64,000 nt of DNA, taken from NCBI RefSeq assembly GCF_021028975.2, contig NC_059427.1, positions 16,988,001-17,052,000 of the forward strand, written 5' to 3'. The position numbers and the translations under genes were made by a program. Source of the DNA: Sphaerodactylus townsendi (taxonomy: Eukaryota). Shown here piece by piece: positions 61,091 through 64,000 of the stretch; the stretch's first letter is position 1, and each line of letters begins with the position of its first letter. The notes beneath the pieces are model-generated. The model saw only the letters and a program-made list of their open reading frames with translations. It was not told where the DNA came from and searched no databases.

Positions 61091-63350
61091 GTAGAGTTTC
61101 TAGTTCCAGGGTGGGGCTTGGGGAGAGGGTTAAACCTCAGTCAGCTATAAAGCTATAGACTCTCCCCCTCCAAAGCTGCCATTTTCTCTAGCGGAAATGA
61201 TCTCCATCCTATGGTGATAGTTTGTACTTCTGTGAGATCTCCAAATCCCACTTGGAGGTTAGCAATCCTGTCCCTGAGACACCAATTCTGGTACTTTGGC
61301 CTTCTTCATCTCTAACCATGCATCATTTTATATGGAATTTTGGAATGGCACAGAATTTTGACTGGGAAAAAAAAGGCCTTCCACTCTCAAAATAAGCAAA
61401 AGAGCAATTTTCTTCATTCCCTTCCTGTTTTTTTTTTAAAACAACAACATCAAGTATACATGATTTGAGCGAACCTTCGGTGTCATAAATATTTAGTTGC
61501 AGGCTGAGCATTAGTATGTTTGTATACACTTCTAACTTATATTACCTTAGCTAACATTTTAGACTGGTTATCCTTTTTTTTCCATCTCTTGCGCCAAAAT
61601 GTAAATATATATTTTTACTTAGGAGCATACCCTGTTCATTTCAGTGGGCCACAGCTCCATCTCAAAAGCTTGCATCTGTAGTATTAGTAGTCAGGACTTC
61701 CTCTTCAAATTCTGTTCCTTGCCTCTTTTCTGTTATTCATCCCATTCCATAGTCTGTTCCATAGTCTCCTATACTGCACATCAATCTGTTTCGTTGCCAT
61801 TTTTGAACATCCCCTCTCTTTATCAAGCTCAGAGCATGTCACAGAGAACTTTGAGAAGGAAGGTGAGATGCTGATAAGGGCTCTTTAATGGTTCACTCCC
61901 ACCTTAGCTCGGAAAGTGGCTTGTGGAGGGTGGATGGATAAAACGGGGCCTAGGATGGGGATAGGCAAGAGAAAACCATTGATAAAGGAAAGAGTGCTGG
62001 ATCCGCCCCCCCCCCCCAACCAAAAAAAGAAAAGAAAAGAAAATACCTGTTTCATTATTGGGCTTGGTGTATTGTCTGATGTCTCAGGATGCATCCAGCT
62101 TGCTGAAGGTGAGTTGGTTAGGATGCGTTTCTGTACCTGTATGGGAAACTGGAAACCTGGGTTGTGCAACTTCCTGCTCCATGATAGAGAAAAGGTAGGA
62201 TAGAAATGTAATAATAAATAAATCTGAAGCTATGGCCTTGTAACCTAATGAGCAAATGATCCCCTCCTCCCCCACCCCCGCGCTTCCTACCTTTTATTAT
62301 TGTTTCTAAATATGGCAGTTGTGGCAAAGTTTTTGGTTTCTCTTATTATTTGACATAATGTAACAATAGCCAGTGGTAGAATTTAACCTACTTGACCTGT
62401 AAGCATTGTCTCTGCAGTGCAATTCCCATGCTGTTCTTGCTGGTCAGCTGTGCAAACAGAGAAAGACTGTTCTGACAAGTTCCCGCCAGAACAGCTGATA
62501 TGTTTCAGTGTGTCCCCACTTCTGTGTGAATCCAGACAGTAACAGAATTCCATTCTCAGAACTTCACACAGCTGGCAAAACCTCAAGGTTAGAGTGGATA
62601 AGCAGGTGCTAGAAGCCCAAAGCAAAAAGCCACAGTCCCCAACAGCTCCCCCTCCCAACAGAAACAGCATCCTGACACTCCCCTCTTTTGCCAAGGTCCC
62701 ACACTTGAATGTAGTGGACACTTGAACGTTGCTGCCTTATATTGAGTCAGACCATTGGTCTATTGAGGTCAGACTCATCTCCTTTGCCTGGCAGTATCTC
62801 TTCAGGGTCTTTCAGGAGTAGTTTTTCGCTAGTGAGCTTATTGACTGGGAATTTCTGCATGCAGGGCTGATTTAGTACTAATGAAACATGGCCCTTCTCC
62901 TGAGAATGACAATGGAAAGGTAAACAAAGCCTCAGGTTGTTTCTTATCGGAATATAGTGTCATGATCTTTCAGGCAAAAGAATCATTTTTCAGTGTAAAT
63001 TTTAGGACAGTTGTTGAATTTCATTTCGAGGCTTGTCTTTTTTTTAAAAAAACCCTTCGTATTCTGATAACTGTCCCCTTCCCTTGACCAGCTCCTGAGA
63101 TTTCTGCAAGCATTAATCTCACATTTTCAAGACTATCTTCAAGGAATTAGAACTTATTTGTTCTGTTATAAATGCTGAGGTTTATCCAACTGCTGGATTC
63201 TGTGCCTGATGCTAAATACCCGTCACCCTACGATAGAAGCCTGTTGCGCTCATCAATCTGACTGCTCTGGCTATGCTGCACTTGTTTTGTTTCCTGTAAA
63301 CTTCAAAATTCTTCTAAAGGTCAAATGTCATTCTGGCAATTCTAAACAGA

Positions 63351-63739
63351 GGCCCTTTCTGCACGGGGCCAAAAACAGCGGCCCAGGGACGGAAAAACAC
63401 CGGTCCCTGGGGAGCTGTTCGCACAAGCAGCGCTGCAGCAGCACCGTCCTGTGCGACCCCGAGCGGTGTGAAGGCACCGCTTTCCACCTCCCTTCCCGAG
63501 GGAGGTTTTTGGAAGGCGCTGCTTTCCCATCCCCCCCCCCACTCACCTCGTCCTCCAGCGTCAGTCTGAAGGGCTGCTGAGACCCGCCCACGCAGCCCTT
63601 CGACCCCGTGCGGAGCCGCCTCTTCTGTGCTGGCCTCTGCGGGGGCCGCTCGCACGCTCCTGTGCGAACGGCCCCCTCCCCTCCACCGGCATAATTTCTG
63701 CCGGTGGAGAGGTGCCCTTTCCGCTGTGCAGAAAGGGCC
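63351..63739. mobile_element. PIF/Harbinger-like GC-rich MITE
   Basis: TIR ggccctttctgcac; 3-bp TSD aga. Confidence 0.75.
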
Positions 63740-64000
63740 AGAGTTATATACATTGACCTCAGTGAACATAGAATGGTGTAAGGATTGCACGGTCTGTTGC
63801 TTAATTTACTTGGGCAAGATTTGAGTCCAGTAGCACCTTAAAGACCAAGATTTCCAGGGTATCATGTTTTGAGAGTCAAGTTCCCTTTGTCAGATACTTG
63901 GAATGCAAAAAACTGGTTGTTGGGGAAGTGTCTTGTGTGAAATTGCTGGAAGGGTGGGGAAGCTTTAGATTCCTCATCAAGCTGTATCCTTTAAAAAAAC

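Overview
Vertebrate genomic DNA; the repeat content (CR1, L2, Penelope, SPIN/hAT and Harbinger MITEs, 5S- and tRNA-derived SINEs) points to a squamate, possibly a gecko (inference). The window holds a cluster of four paralogous TRIM genes of the RING/B-box/coiled-coil/PRY-SPRY (B30.2) type, related to TRIM27/39/7. TRIM-A (minus, ~9008 to beyond the left edge) has a decayed RING and indel-damaged exons. TRIM-B (minus, 22068-12825, ~510 aa), TRIM-C (plus, 24540-36830, ~473 aa) and TRIM-D (plus, 48941-61090, ~489 aa) each have 7 intact exons that I traced by hand. Between C and D lies a GC-rich tandem array with a 1203-bp unit (40884-46609). Each unit carries an N-run occupying the same 149-nt slot. 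Several clues (an exposed GCC start, an upstream GC box, an unmasked exact 18-nt 5S fragment) indicate a hidden 5S rDNA mini-array, interrupted by a solo LTR and bounded by hAT elements. TRIM-A and TRIM-B share a perfect ISRE plus CCAAT promoter module. No prokaryotic systems or CRISPR arrays are present. All calls were made by eye; no database searches were run.
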